Shown: piece by piece, positions 48,956 through 59,912 of the stretch
Layout: each line of letters begins with the position of its first letter
Position numbering within the stretch: the first letter of the stretch is position 1
Source of the DNA: an uncultured Spirochaetota bacterium
GTDB taxonomy: Bacteria > Spirochaetota > Spirochaetia > SZUA-6 > Fen-1364
NCBI GenBank assembly: GCA_963845535.1
Contig: CAWJSK010000004.1
Location: 160,001-224,000, forward strand
Direction of reading: 5' to 3'
Length of the DNA: 64,000 nucleotides
Translations under genes and position numbers: made by a program
The notes under the pieces: generated by a model
Seen by the model: only the letters and a program-made list of their open reading frames with translations
Database searches by the model: none
What the model was told of the DNA's origin: nothing

Positions 48956-50011
48956 CTAGTTTGCCCCGGGCTGATTTTCATACGTGAACGTAGGGTCCGT
49001 GATGGTAAAAAAGGCTTTCGTATCCGGCGTTACGGAAACCTTATGGTTGGCGTCCACCATGACAGCTCCAAGGCCAAGCTTGCTGCCGAGCTCGATGCCT
49101 TCTTTTTTCCCCATGCAGAAGAGAGCAAGGCCATAACCGTCAGCATCCATCGAAGAGCTTGTAATGACGGTTACGGATTCCAGGCCGTTGTCCACAGGAT
49201 AGCCGGTCCTGGTGTCCATCAGATGGTGGTATCGCTTTCCGTTCTTCATGAAGAAATGCTCATAGACGCCGGAAGTGACGACTGACTTGTCCACCACGTC
49301 TGCAATTCCAAGGTAGACTCCGCGCTCTGCGTCAGGGTTCTGCACCCCGATCCGCCAAGACCCGCTGGTCTGCCCGTGTCCCATGGCGAAAATGTCCCCT
49401 CCAAGGTCTATGATTGCTGACGTGACTCCCCGCGCGTGGAGGATGCGCACGGCTTCATCGGCCGCGTACCCTTTCACGAGCGCGCCAAGGTCAAGCTGCA
49501 TTCCCGGCCGCCTCAGGAAGATGGTCTTGGCGTTGCTGTCCAAAACCACATCCCGCCAGTTCACCAGGCGGAGGGCCGACGCTATGTCCGCGGCTTTCGG
49601 GATCTCGGGGTGCTCGTTATTGATCTTCCAAACCGTGATGAGCGGTCCCACCGTTGGATCAAAGAGCCCGTTCGACAGCCGCGCAAGCTGAAGGGCCTTC
49701 TGGGTGACCTGAAGCACGTCATCCGTGACGGGGACGGGCTGCTTGCCCGCCGCGGCGTCAATGGCGTCGAGCTCCGAGCCTGGCACGCCCACGCTCATCC
49801 GCGCGTGGATCTCCGCGAAACGCGAAAAACATGCGTCGAGGTTCGGCTGTGACGCATGGTCGTACAGCGTGATGGTGCAGGTGGTCCAGAGGATTTCCTC
49901 GGTTCGAGAGAGCGGACCGCGTTGTTGGCACCCGGCCAAGGAAAGACACACGGCGGCGGTCATCAGGCCGGCTCGAGCGATGGCTGCCATGCGCGGGAAG
50001 CGTCTGTTCAC
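48956..50011 (-). CDS. apbE: FAD:protein FMN transferase (ApbE/Ftp), lipoprotein
   Basis: LAGC lipobox, FDPTVGPL, DLGALVKGYAAD, DLGGD, TSGVYE, YHHLMD..TGYP, ADG. Confidence 0.93.
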   Translation of the reverse strand: MNRRFPRMAAIARAGLMTAAVCLSLAGCQQRGPLSRTEEILWTTCTITLYDHASQPNLDACFSRFAEIHARMSVGVPGSELDAIDAAAGKQPVPVTDDVLQVTQKALQLARLSNGLFDPTVGPLITVWKINNEHPEIPKAADIASALRLVNWRDVVLDSNAKTIFLRRPGMQLDLGALVKGYAADEAVRILHARGVTSAIIDLGGDIFAMGHGQTSGSWRIGVQNPDAERGVYLGIADVVDKSVVTSGVYEHFFMKNGKRYHHLMDTRTGYPVDNGLESVTVITSSSMDADGYGLALFCMGKKEGIELGSKLGLGAVMVDANHKVSVTPDTKAFFTITDPTFTYENQPGAN

Positions 50012-51807
50012 GATAAAAGCCTTTCTGCGCCGTCTCGAAAAGCAACTGCAGTGGACCGGTAATCAAAACCGACGATGACGCTCAGTCCTCCGTAGAGAGT
50101 CTCATGGAGGAATGCTGTGAGAAGCTTCAGGTACGCTCTTCCGTTGATCCGGGACTGTGCGTCACGCAAGAGAAGGTCCGGAAGCCTCAGGGCATCCGCG
50201 ACTCCGCCTATCTGCCTCATGAGCACCTGGTACAGGGCTTGCAGCGTCTTGAGGTACCGGGCCCGGTAGCTTTCGTCTCCTTCGACGAGCGTCCGGATCT
50301 GGCGGAAGCGGTCCCTCACGAGCCTGCCCTTCGGGTTTCGCCGCCGCGGGATCAGCCCTTTGATCAACGCCATCAGCGTCCGTGACTGGTACAGCTTATA
50401 CAGGGAAAAGTAGAAGAGAAGCAAGGCTCCGTGGCTGCGCATCAGCGTGCTCTTGGAGGCGGCCTTGTTGGCGGTGACGAGGAATCGACCCACCTCCCTG
50501 TCCACCGCCCTGTCCTGCTGCGTCGGCCCAAGGCCCCCCATTGTCCTGCGGGTTACATCGATCTGTCGGATCCTGTCATCCAGCAGCCCCTCGAGGCGCA
50601 CAATCTCGCGTCGGAGCCCGCTTCCCTTGATCCGTTCCAGGAAACCCATGAGGATCCCTCGCTCGGCAGGGGAGAACGTGGCAGTGGCGGCGGCGGGGCT
50701 GATCGAGCCCACCCCGGCCTCCGAGCTTCCAGGATTGGCGCCTGCCCTGGCGCTGGTTGCCGCGCTCGGGCTCGAAGAGTCCACCGCGGCCTCGACGACC
50801 TCCCTGAGATATGAGCCGAACCGTTCCAGGTAGTCTGTCGGCTTTCCGATGACGGGGTGCCGCTGGGCGTAGAGGGTGAGCATTTCACGCACCCCACGCG
50901 GGACGTTCAGCCCTTGGGAGGCGTGAGAGAGAAGCCTGCCATGGACGTGCTCCAGGCTGTCCTTCATGCAGGCGAGGACGTGGAGCACGGGGTTGGGCTC
51001 CCCTTGCAGAAGGTCGAGCGCGGGGTCCTCGGGAATGAAGGCGAAATCCGAAAGGAGCTTCCTTTCCCGGGCGGAGAGCCGTTGGGAGGGTTGCACGAAC
51101 CGGTTGTAGTTGCCGGCGACGTCCGTGGGGTTGAAGCCGTCCCGCACCACGGATGAGTATCGGTTGTGCCAGACATTGATGACGGTGCCAGGGTACAGCC
51201 TCTGGACCTCTTTCGCGTACGCTCCGGCGGAAGCGTGAGCCGTGGGCTCGGGGTTTGTCACCAGGACCAGTTTTTTCATGAACGGCAGATATGCCAGGTT
51301 GTCCTCGTAGCTCATCCCGGCGGGCATGTCGAAAATGAGCAGCTCGTACAATCCGTCCACTTCCATGAGGTGGAGTCGATAGATCTTCTCCAGCATCCCC
51401 GCTGCCTCCCCACGGGCGAGCTTCTGGAACGGGAACAGGATATCGAGGCACTTGAAAACAGGCATCTGGTATTCGGCAATCCCTGCCCTGCCCCGCGTGG
51501 TGAGCCTCGATCCTCCGGTCACGACTTGCTCGGAATCCTGAAGGTCCAGGAGGGCCGCGACGTCGGAAAGGGGGTCCAGGTCCACCAGGCCCACGCGCAT
51601 GCCTTTGCGGGCGTAATAGATGGCGAGGTTGCATGCCGTTATGGTTTTCCCGACGCCGCCCTTCCCGGAGCTCACGGCAATCGACTTGCCCATGACTCGC
51701 CGGAGAGCATCACCGTCAGCCTCCGTCATGATCGAATGGACGAGGTCTTGAAAGGCCCGTGAGCCGTTCTCAGCCCGGTCGATGGTCATGCGTTCCACGG
51801 GATGCAT
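50008..51807 (-). CDS. MinD/FlhG-like P-loop ATPase with a long uncharacterised C-terminal region
   Basis: SGKGGVGKT, VDLD, FDMPAG, VTNPEPTA; start codon uncertain. Confidence 0.75.
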   Translation of the reverse strand: MHPVERMTIDRAENGSRAFQDLVHSIMTEADGDALRRVMGKSIAVSSGKGGVGKTITACNLAIYYARKGMRVGLVDLDPLSDVAALLDLQDSEQVVTGGSRLTTRGRAGIAEYQMPVFKCLDILFPFQKLARGEAAGMLEKIYRLHLMEVDGLYELLIFDMPAGMSYEDNLAYLPFMKKLVLVTNPEPTAHASAGAYAKEVQRLYPGTVINVWHNRYSSVVRDGFNPTDVAGNYNRFVQPSQRLSARERKLLSDFAFIPEDPALDLLQGEPNPVLHVLACMKDSLEHVHGRLLSHASQGLNVPRGVREMLTLYAQRHPVIGKPTDYLERFGSYLREVVEAAVDSSSPSAATSARAGANPGSSEAGVGSISPAAATATFSPAERGILMGFLERIKGSGLRREIVRLEGLLDDRIRQIDVTRRTMGGLGPTQQDRAVDREVGRFLVTANKAASKSTLMRSHGALLLFYFSLYKLYQSRTLMALIKGLIPRRRNPKGRLVRDRFRQIRTLVEGDESYRARYLKTLQALYQVLMRQIGGVADALRLPDLLLRDAQSRINGRAYLKLLTAFLHETLYGGLSVIVGFDYRSTAVAFRDGAERLLS

Positions 51808-51861
51808 GATAGTGTATGTTTGGCGATAGGGAAAGGCGACCGTGGAAAGGGGATCCGATCC

Positions 51862-52692
51862 ATGAACGATGCCTGCATAGCTCTTCTCAGCGATTTTGGC
51901 TCACGCGATGTATACGCCGGAGTGATGAAGGGGGTCATCTCCCGGGAGGCTCCCCGCGCGCGGCTCATCGACCTCACTCACGACGTTCCCCCGGGAGACA
52001 TACGCCGGGCTGCGTTTCACCTCTGGCAGGCGTTCCCCTCCATGCCGCGGGGGACGATTTTTCTTGCCGTGGTTGACCCAGGGGTCGGGACCGTCCGCAG
52101 GCCCATCGTCATCCGCGGCAACGGCTTTTTCTGCGTAGGCCCGGATAACGGCATTTTCACGTACATGCTGGAAGGAAGGGGTGCGACAAGCGCCGTTCAG
52201 ATCGCGAGCCCCGAGGCGAAAAGCCGCACGTTCCATGGCCGTGACCTCTTCGCTCCCGCGGCAGCCCTTCTTGCCGCAGGAACCGATCCTGACGAGCTGG
52301 GGCCGTCAGTCTCCGACCTCGTGAGCATACCCTGGCCTCGCCTTTCGAGCCAGGAAGCCGAAGGCCTGATCCACGGTGAAATGTTGTTTGCGGACAGGTT
52401 CGGAAACATGGTGACGAGCATCGGGGTCCTGGTTTCCGTAAATGCCGCTCTGCGATGGCAGCCGTGGGTCCCCGGCCGCGCGCCGCTGGACGTTCCGACC
52501 GCCCGGCTGCGAGTGGTGCTGGGCAACGGCATGGAGCTCCCCTTGGCGCACACTTTTGCCGAGGTCCTTGCGGGGGCTCCCCTTGCTTATGTTGGAAGCG
52601 ACGGACTGCTGGAAATAGGGATCAACAGGGGTAATGCCTCGGAGTCTCTCAAGCTCGCCCCCGGCATGGAAGTCAGCCTCGACTGGCGATGA
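51862..52692 (+). CDS. SAM hydroxide adenosyltransferase (DUF62, chlorinase/fluorinase family)
   Basis: LLSDFG..D.Y.GVMKG, VVDPGVG, GPDNG, TFHGRDLFAP, DRFGN, LEIGINRG. Confidence 0.9.
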   Translation: MNDACIALLSDFGSRDVYAGVMKGVISREAPRARLIDLTHDVPPGDIRRAAFHLWQAFPSMPRGTIFLAVVDPGVGTVRRPIVIRGNGFFCVGPDNGIFTYMLEGRGATSAVQIASPEAKSRTFHGRDLFAPAAALLAAGTDPDELGPSVSDLVSIPWPRLSSQEAEGLIHGEMLFADRFGNMVTSIGVLVSVNAALRWQPWVPGRAPLDVPTARLRVVLGNGMELPLAHTFAEVLAGAPLAYVGSDGLLEIGINRGNASESLKLAPGMEVSLDWR

Positions 52693-52789
52693 GGTGATGT
52701 CTCGAGCCAATATTGCTTTTGATCGAAATCGTCTGATAGCTCTTTGACTGGCCACCGTTCGTTTCAGTAAGTTTACCTAACAGATCGGA

Positions 52790-53800
52790 ATGGTAATGAA
52801 TCACCACACACGTGTTTATGACAGCGTCGTCGACATGCTTCCTGATGCGGAAAACCCATCCCCTATGGTGCGGCTGAATCGCCTTGCGTCCGTCGACGGG
52901 TTTCCGTTGTATGCCAAGCTCGAATGGATGAACCCTTTTGGCTCGGTAAAGGACAGGGCCGCATTCGAGATGCTGAGCGACCTCGAGAAGCGAGGGGCTC
53001 TCGGGCCTGGCAAGGGGATTGTGGAGCCGACGTCGGGAAACACCGGCATCAGTCTCGCGGCCCTTGGAGCAGCGCTGGGCCACCCCGTGCGAGCGGTGGT
53101 TCCGCAGAGGATCCCCGATGAGAAAAAGGCGATCCTCAGGATCCTTGGCGCAGAAGTGGACGTGGTGGCCGACGCGTTGTGCCCCATGCCCGGGCAAGAT
53201 GGAGGCGGCACGATCAATCTGGCAAAGACGCATGCAAAGGCGCAGCCGGACCGGTACGTCATGCCCAATCAATACGAAAACGAGCAGAATGCAGCGGCGC
53301 ACTATCGCACTACCGGGCCTGAGATCTGGCGCCAGACGGAGGGGAAAATCACCCACCTCTTCGTCTCTCTCGGAACCTGCGGGACGGTGACGGGGACGAG
53401 CCGCTTCCTCAAGGAGAAGAACCCGGCCGTGAAAGTCATTGCGGTGCAGCCCTCCGAGGGGCACGACATCCCGGGGCTGCGCAATACGGCGGAGCTGGAC
53501 GTGAGCGCGCTCTTCGATCCTTCCTTGATCGATGAAATCGTCGAGATACCGTACCAGTTGGCCTACGCGCGGGTGCTCGACCTGTGCCGCCAGGAGGGCT
53601 TGCTGGCAGGTCCCAGCTCCGGCCTCATCCTCGAAGGCGCGCTTCGCGCCCGCGGCCAGGGCGAGCGCGGCCTTGCGGTCATGATTTTTCCCGACGGACT
53701 TTTCAAGTATGTGGACCACGTTGCGAAGCACGTCCCGGGCATTGCCGGCGTCGCGGAGCTGGCGGAGGTCGAGATCGTGCGTCCAGCCTTTCGAGGCTGA
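52790..53800 (+). CDS. PLP-dependent cysteine synthase family protein
   Basis: KLEWMNPFGSVKDR, EPTSGNTG, NQYEN, GTCGT, GPSSG, FPD. Confidence 0.88.
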   Translation: MVMNHHTRVYDSVVDMLPDAENPSPMVRLNRLASVDGFPLYAKLEWMNPFGSVKDRAAFEMLSDLEKRGALGPGKGIVEPTSGNTGISLAALGAALGHPVRAVVPQRIPDEKKAILRILGAEVDVVADALCPMPGQDGGGTINLAKTHAKAQPDRYVMPNQYENEQNAAAHYRTTGPEIWRQTEGKITHLFVSLGTCGTVTGTSRFLKEKNPAVKVIAVQPSEGHDIPGLRNTAELDVSALFDPSLIDEIVEIPYQLAYARVLDLCRQEGLLAGPSSGLILEGALRARGQGERGLAVMIFPDGLFKYVDHVAKHVPGIAGVAELAEVEIVRPAFRG

Positions 53801-53816
53801 AGGAAAGGAGAGTTTC

Positions 53817-54659
53817 ATGCCATACGCTCATCCCGAGGTTCTCGTAGAGACCGACTGGGTGAAGGACACTATCAGCACGCCGGGGATCAGGCTTGTAGAA
53901 GTGGACGTGGACTTGCAGGCATATGAGGCGGGTCATATCCCTGGCGCGGTCGGCTTCAACTGGCAGAAGGACCTGCAGGACCAGCTCAACCGGGACATCA
54001 TCAGCCGTCAGGCTTTCGAAAAGCTCCTGGGCGGGGCCGGGATTTCCCCGAAAGACACCGTGGTGCTCTACGGTGACAACAACAACTGGTTTGCCGCGTA
54101 CGGCTTCTGGCTTTTCAAGACTTACGGCCATGAGAATGTGAAGCTCATGAACGGCGGACGCCAGAAGTGGCTGAACGAACAGGACAAGCCGTTCACGACG
54201 GACAAGCCCTCATACCCGCCGGTGACGTACACCGCCAAGGGCCCGAACGAGGCGCTTCGGGCGCGCCTCGCGGAAGTCATGAAGATGAGCGGAAAGCCCA
54301 ACCCGAACCTCGTGGACGTACGGAGCCCTGACGAGTACACGGGAAAGATCATTGCGCCTCCCGGCATGAGTGAGACCGCTCAGAGGGCCGGGCATATCCC
54401 GGGAGCCGCCAGCGTTCCCTGGAGCAGCGCCGTGGACAAGGACGGCAGGTTCAAGCCCGCGGAGGCGCTCTCGGAGATCTACCTGACAAAGGCCCGGATC
54501 GATCCGAAAAGGCCGGTGGTCTCCTATTGCCGCATCGGGGAGCGCTCGAGCCACACGTGGTTCGTGCTCAAGTACCTTCTGGGGATCGACACGGTGAAAA
54601 ACTACGACGGTAGCTGGACTGAATACGGGAACGTGATAGGCGCGCCAATAGAGAGGTAG
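53817..54659 (+). CDS. Tandem-domain rhodanese sulfurtransferase
   Basis: YAHPEVLV, GHIPGA x2, DVRSPDEY, active loop CRIGER, YDGSWTEYG. Confidence 0.92.
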   Translation: MPYAHPEVLVETDWVKDTISTPGIRLVEVDVDLQAYEAGHIPGAVGFNWQKDLQDQLNRDIISRQAFEKLLGGAGISPKDTVVLYGDNNNWFAAYGFWLFKTYGHENVKLMNGGRQKWLNEQDKPFTTDKPSYPPVTYTAKGPNEALRARLAEVMKMSGKPNPNLVDVRSPDEYTGKIIAPPGMSETAQRAGHIPGAASVPWSSAVDKDGRFKPAEALSEIYLTKARIDPKRPVVSYCRIGERSSHTWFVLKYLLGIDTVKNYDGSWTEYGNVIGAPIER

Positions 54660-54684
54660 GGCCGCCAGGGAAGAAGGCCCTCAC

Positions 54685-54715
54685 AAAAAAGCCCCGGCGT
54701 GTGTCGGGGCTTTTT
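54685..54715. terminator. Bidirectional intrinsic terminator
   Basis: AAAAAA-GCCCCGGC-loop-GTCGGGGC-TTTTT between convergent genes. Confidence 0.88.
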
Positions 54716-54758
54716 GAGCGTAGTGCCGTGGACCGCCACTTTCCGTGGCGATCCCGCT

Positions 54759-56316
<1,558 letters not shown>

Positions 56317-56360
56317 CTCGATTCGCAGTGTAGCAGTTTGGAATGTTTGGGGCAATAAGG

Positions 56361-57462
56361 CTAGATCAAATCCCCCCATTCCACGCCTTCGCCGGGCGGG
56401 ATGGCCCTGCGGGCCACGGCTCCAACCACGAGGTTCAGGAACTCGGGCCCTAACCCCGGTCGAAGCGTCTTCTCCGTCCTGAGCACCGCCACGTCCCCAG
56501 CGCTGATGCGCGCGCCGCGCGGGATCTGCTTGACCGCGTGGATGGACCGGTTGGTCCGCGTGTAATTGGCTCTCTCGGAAGCCGCAAGCTCTTTCACCCC
56601 CGTGCCCATGACGGCGCGCACGCGGTCCTCTCCGAAGTCCCTTTCCAGCGCGGCGCGCGCGGCCGCGGGGCCTGCCTGCTCCGCCTCCCGCACGCGCTTT
56701 ACCATCTTTTGGTACTGGTCCGGCTCCAGCGCAATGGGATCATCCAGCCCCGCCCCCGCGCGTGAGAGCGTGAAGTGCTTCTCCAGTGCGCACGCGCCGC
56801 GTGCCGCGGCCAGCACGGGAACCAGGACCGGGTCAAGCGAATGGTCTGAAACGCCGACCTCCACCCCGAAAATCGCCCGCAGTCCAGCAAGGACGAGGAG
56901 GTTGTAGTCCGCTTCCGGAGCGGGATAGGCGGTGACGCAGTGCATGAGGATGATGTTCTGCCTGCCCGTTATGGCGAGCGCCCGCTCGATATCTCCCAGG
57001 GTGGACACACCGGTGGAAAGGAACAGGGGCAGTCCGTATCCGGCGACCTCTTCAAGGAGCGCAAAATGGTTGAGCTCAGGGGATGCAATCTTGAGCGCCT
57101 TGGCCCCTATGGACTTGAGCTCCCGCGCGCTTCGCAGGCCGAATGGCGAGCAGAGAAACAGGACGCCCCGTGATTCGGTGTAGCTTTTGAGGTCCTCGTA
57201 GAACCCCACCGCTTTTTCCAGGGACCGAAACTGCTCGTACAGGGCCACCTTTCCCGTGGGAAGGTCCACAATGCCCGACAAGGGATGGAGGATCTCATCC
57301 GCATGAACGAGCTGGAACTTGATGCAGTCCGCCCCGCTTTCCGCCGCCGCGTCCACAAGCTCGCGCGCTCGCGCCCTGTCCCCCTGGTGGGAGGTGCCCA
57401 GCTCAGCGATGAGCAGGCAGGGGGCCCCGGCACCGACTGATCTGCCCGGCGAGCGTCATCAT
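56361..57462 (-). CDS. NeuB/SpsE-family nonulosonic acid synthase with SAF domain; +1 frameshift near 57446
   Basis: IAELGTSHQGD, ADCIKFQ, KIASPE, HCVTAYPA, SDHS, EKHFT; removing one base gives MMTLAGRSVGAGAPCLLIAE. Confidence 0.85.
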
Positions 57463-57463
57463 C

Positions 57464-58003
57464 TCATCTCCCCCGATCCGCGTCCTTGTAGACCCGGCTG
57501 CCCACGGTGCCTCGCTGGCCTTGATACTTGCCCGCGTAGGGGGTGCGGGTGGCCTTGTCCATGAAGGCGAAGACGATCTGGCAGATGCGGCGGCCGCTTG
57601 CAAGCCGGATGGGGAGCCGGTTGGCGTTGAACAGCTCGAGGGTGATGTTGCCTTCGAAGCCCGGGTCCACCCAGCCGGCGTTCTGGATGAAAAGCCCGAT
57701 ACGGCCGATGGAGCTCCTCCCCTCCACGAAGGCAGTGATGTTCGACGGAAGCTTTATGAACTCTACCGTGGTAGCCAGAAGGAAGGAATGGGGGGCAATG
57801 ACGATCTCCTCTTTCTCCAGGGCGACATAGGGAAGCTCGCTGTCCATGCCCAGGACATCAAGGGAGTTCTCATCGATCTTCAGGAAGTGGCGCCCCAGGC
57901 GCAGGTCAATGGAGGCGGGTTGGATCTGGTATGGCTCCAGCGGCTCAACGACGATGCTCTTCTCTGCCATCATGGCGCGAAGGGTGTCATCAGAGACTAT
58001 CAA
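57464..58003 (-). CDS. dcd: dCTP deaminase
   Basis: IQPASIDLRLG, EGRSSIGR, AGWVDPGFEG.ITLE, ICQ, GKYQGQ. Confidence 0.93.
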   Translation of the reverse strand: MIVSDDTLRAMMAEKSIVVEPLEPYQIQPASIDLRLGRHFLKIDENSLDVLGMDSELPYVALEKEEIVIAPHSFLLATTVEFIKLPSNITAFVEGRSSIGRIGLFIQNAGWVDPGFEGNITLELFNANRLPIRLASGRRICQIVFAFMDKATRTPYAGKYQGQRGTVGSRVYKDADRGR

Positions 58004-59460
58004 CGGTGCCTCCCATGAGCGAGGTTCTCCTTCACCAGGAGCCCCTTCATTGCCGCGAGCTTGTCCGAGAGCGACACCCTGTACACGTGAGGGTTGATGA
58101 GCCTCTTGAAGGTGTCATCCAGCAGGTCCATCTCCTGGCAAGCCTTCGAACGGATGGCGGAAATGGAAGGAAGCTCTCCCACGATCTTTCCCGCCTTCAT
58201 TTTCTCCTTGAGAAGAGGAGTGGCCGCGGCATATTCGCTGAGAACGAACTTTCGATAGTCGCCCGACGGGTGGTTGAACGCGTAATGCTTGCCGGGGGTG
58301 ATTTCCTCTTCAGCAAGGCAGATCAGGTCCGCCAGGGGGCTTTTTCCCCCATTGGTGAATCTCCAGACCTGCTTGACCCCGGGGTTGGTCGTTTTTTCGG
58401 GGTTGTTCGATACCTTGATGGTCGGGACGAAGCGGCCCGCCTTTTCCCGGGCGGAAATTTTGTACACCCCGGTCAAGGCTGGATCACCGCGCGCGGTGAC
58501 GAGGTTCGTGCCGACCCCCCATATGTCGATGGGCGCTCCTTGCGTGATGAGCTGGTGGATGATGTTCTCATCAAGCTCGTTGGAGGCCACGATCTTGGCG
58601 TCCGTGAGCCCCTCATCATCGAGGCGTTTGCGCACCTTCTTGCTGAGGTACTCCAGGTCCCCGCTGTCCAGCCGCACTCCGAAGTTCCCATGTCCGGCCG
58701 CCTTGAGCTTTCGGCCCACGGCAACGGCGTTGTCGATCCCGCTGCCGAGGGTGTCATACGTGTCGATGAGGAGGAGCGCGCCGTCAGGGTAGGTTTCCGC
58801 GTACTTCTCGAACGCCTCACGTTCGGTCTGAAAGGCCATGACCCACGAGTGCGCCATGGTCCCGCGGACGGGGATGCCGAACCGTTTGCCCGCCAGCGTA
58901 TTGGAGGTTGCGTGCGCTCCCCCGATGAACGCGGCGCGTGACGCGGACAGCGCGCCGTCTATCCCTTGCGCGCGACGCAGCCCGAACTCGATCACCGTGC
59001 CGCCGTTGGCGGCCTGGCGCACGCGGGCCGACTTGGTGGCAATCAGGGTCTGGAAGTTGATGATGGCAAGCAGGGCGCTCTCGATGAGCTGGGTTTCCAT
59101 GAGTGAGCCGTGCACCCTGACCATGGGCTCTCCGGGGAAGGCGAGAGTCCCTTCCTCCATCGCCCAGATATCTCCCGTAAAACGGAACGCCGCCAGGTAG
59201 TCCAGGAACTCTTTTCGGAACGTCCCGAGGCTTTCCAGGTACGCAAGGTCCTCCCTGCTGAAAGAGAGCGAGGTGACGTATTTCAGCAGGTCCTCCAGCC
59301 CGGCGAAAACGGCGAACCCGCCGCCGAAAGGCTGGCGGCGGAAGAACATGTCGAACACGACGTTGGGGTTCTCTTTCTGCAGCAGATACCCCTGCATCAT
59401 CGACAGCTCGTAGAAGTCCGTGAGGAGAGTTAAGCTGGTGGAACCGTTCTGTTCAGTCAT
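58000..59460 (-). CDS. pncB: Nicotinate phosphoribosyltransferase
   Basis: LLTDFYELSM, EFGLRRAQG, GTMAHSW, LIDTYD, RLDSGDL, GVGT, GVYK. Confidence 0.95.
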   Translation of the reverse strand: MTEQNGSTSLTLLTDFYELSMMQGYLLQKENPNVVFDMFFRRQPFGGGFAVFAGLEDLLKYVTSLSFSREDLAYLESLGTFRKEFLDYLAAFRFTGDIWAMEEGTLAFPGEPMVRVHGSLMETQLIESALLAIINFQTLIATKSARVRQAANGGTVIEFGLRRAQGIDGALSASRAAFIGGAHATSNTLAGKRFGIPVRGTMAHSWVMAFQTEREAFEKYAETYPDGALLLIDTYDTLGSGIDNAVAVGRKLKAAGHGNFGVRLDSGDLEYLSKKVRKRLDDEGLTDAKIVASNELDENIIHQLITQGAPIDIWGVGTNLVTARGDPALTGVYKISAREKAGRFVPTIKVSNNPEKTTNPGVKQVWRFTNGGKSPLADLICLAEEEITPGKHYAFNHPSGDYRKFVLSEYAAATPLLKEKMKAGKIVGELPSISAIRSKACQEMDLLDDTFKRLINPHVYRVSLSDKLAAMKGLLVKENLAHGRHR

Positions 59461-59469
59461 GGAGGGATT

Positions 59470-59542
59470 TGGAGGATGGGGGATTCGAACCCCCGACCTA
59501 CAGATTGCGAACCTGCCGCTCTACCAACTGAGCTAATCCCCC
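59470..59542 (-). tRNA. tRNA-Ala(CGC)
   Basis: Acceptor stem GGGGGAT/ATCCTCC with G3:U70; anticodon loop TT-CGC-AA. Confidence 0.95.
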
Positions 59543-59689
59543 GAGGGAGAGGCGCTTCCCCCAGGGGAGCTGCTCGCTCCGTCGTCGGCGCAACTCTATA
59601 TCTGTGACTCAGGCGAGGTCAATACCAGAAATTGCTATACCCGCGTCGTCTCTCAGAGAGTATAATAAGATTGGAAAGTGGGGTGTGCT

Positions 59690-59890
59690 GTGACCGAGCA
59701 GGAAGCCCGAAAAGTGTTTTCGCATGTTGTTTCCCTCTACAAGGTCTTCGGAGGAGACCTTCTCCAGATGTGCGCTGAAAAAGGCCTGCCGGAAGAGATG
59801 GTCAAGAAACTCATTGCAGAGCAGAAGGCCTGGGACTGGGGGCTCGCGAAATTCGACTGGGACGGTTCCCCCAAAAAAGGCGCCGGCTAG
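59690..59890 (+). CDS. Small hypothetical protein (66 aa)
   Basis: GTG start after GGGGTG; TATAAT at 59661; typical codon usage. Confidence 0.55.
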   Translation: MTEQEARKVFSHVVSLYKVFGGDLLQMCAEKGLPEEMVKKLIAEQKAWDWGLAKFDWDGSPKKGAG

Positions 59891-59903
59891 TTCACCGGCG
59901 CCT
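59873..59903 (-). terminator. Intrinsic terminator for lon
   Basis: AGGCGCCGG/CCGGCGCCT stem; the A-run at 59873-59878 gives a U-tract on the minus strand. Confidence 0.75.
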
Positions 59904-59912
59904 CGTATCGCC

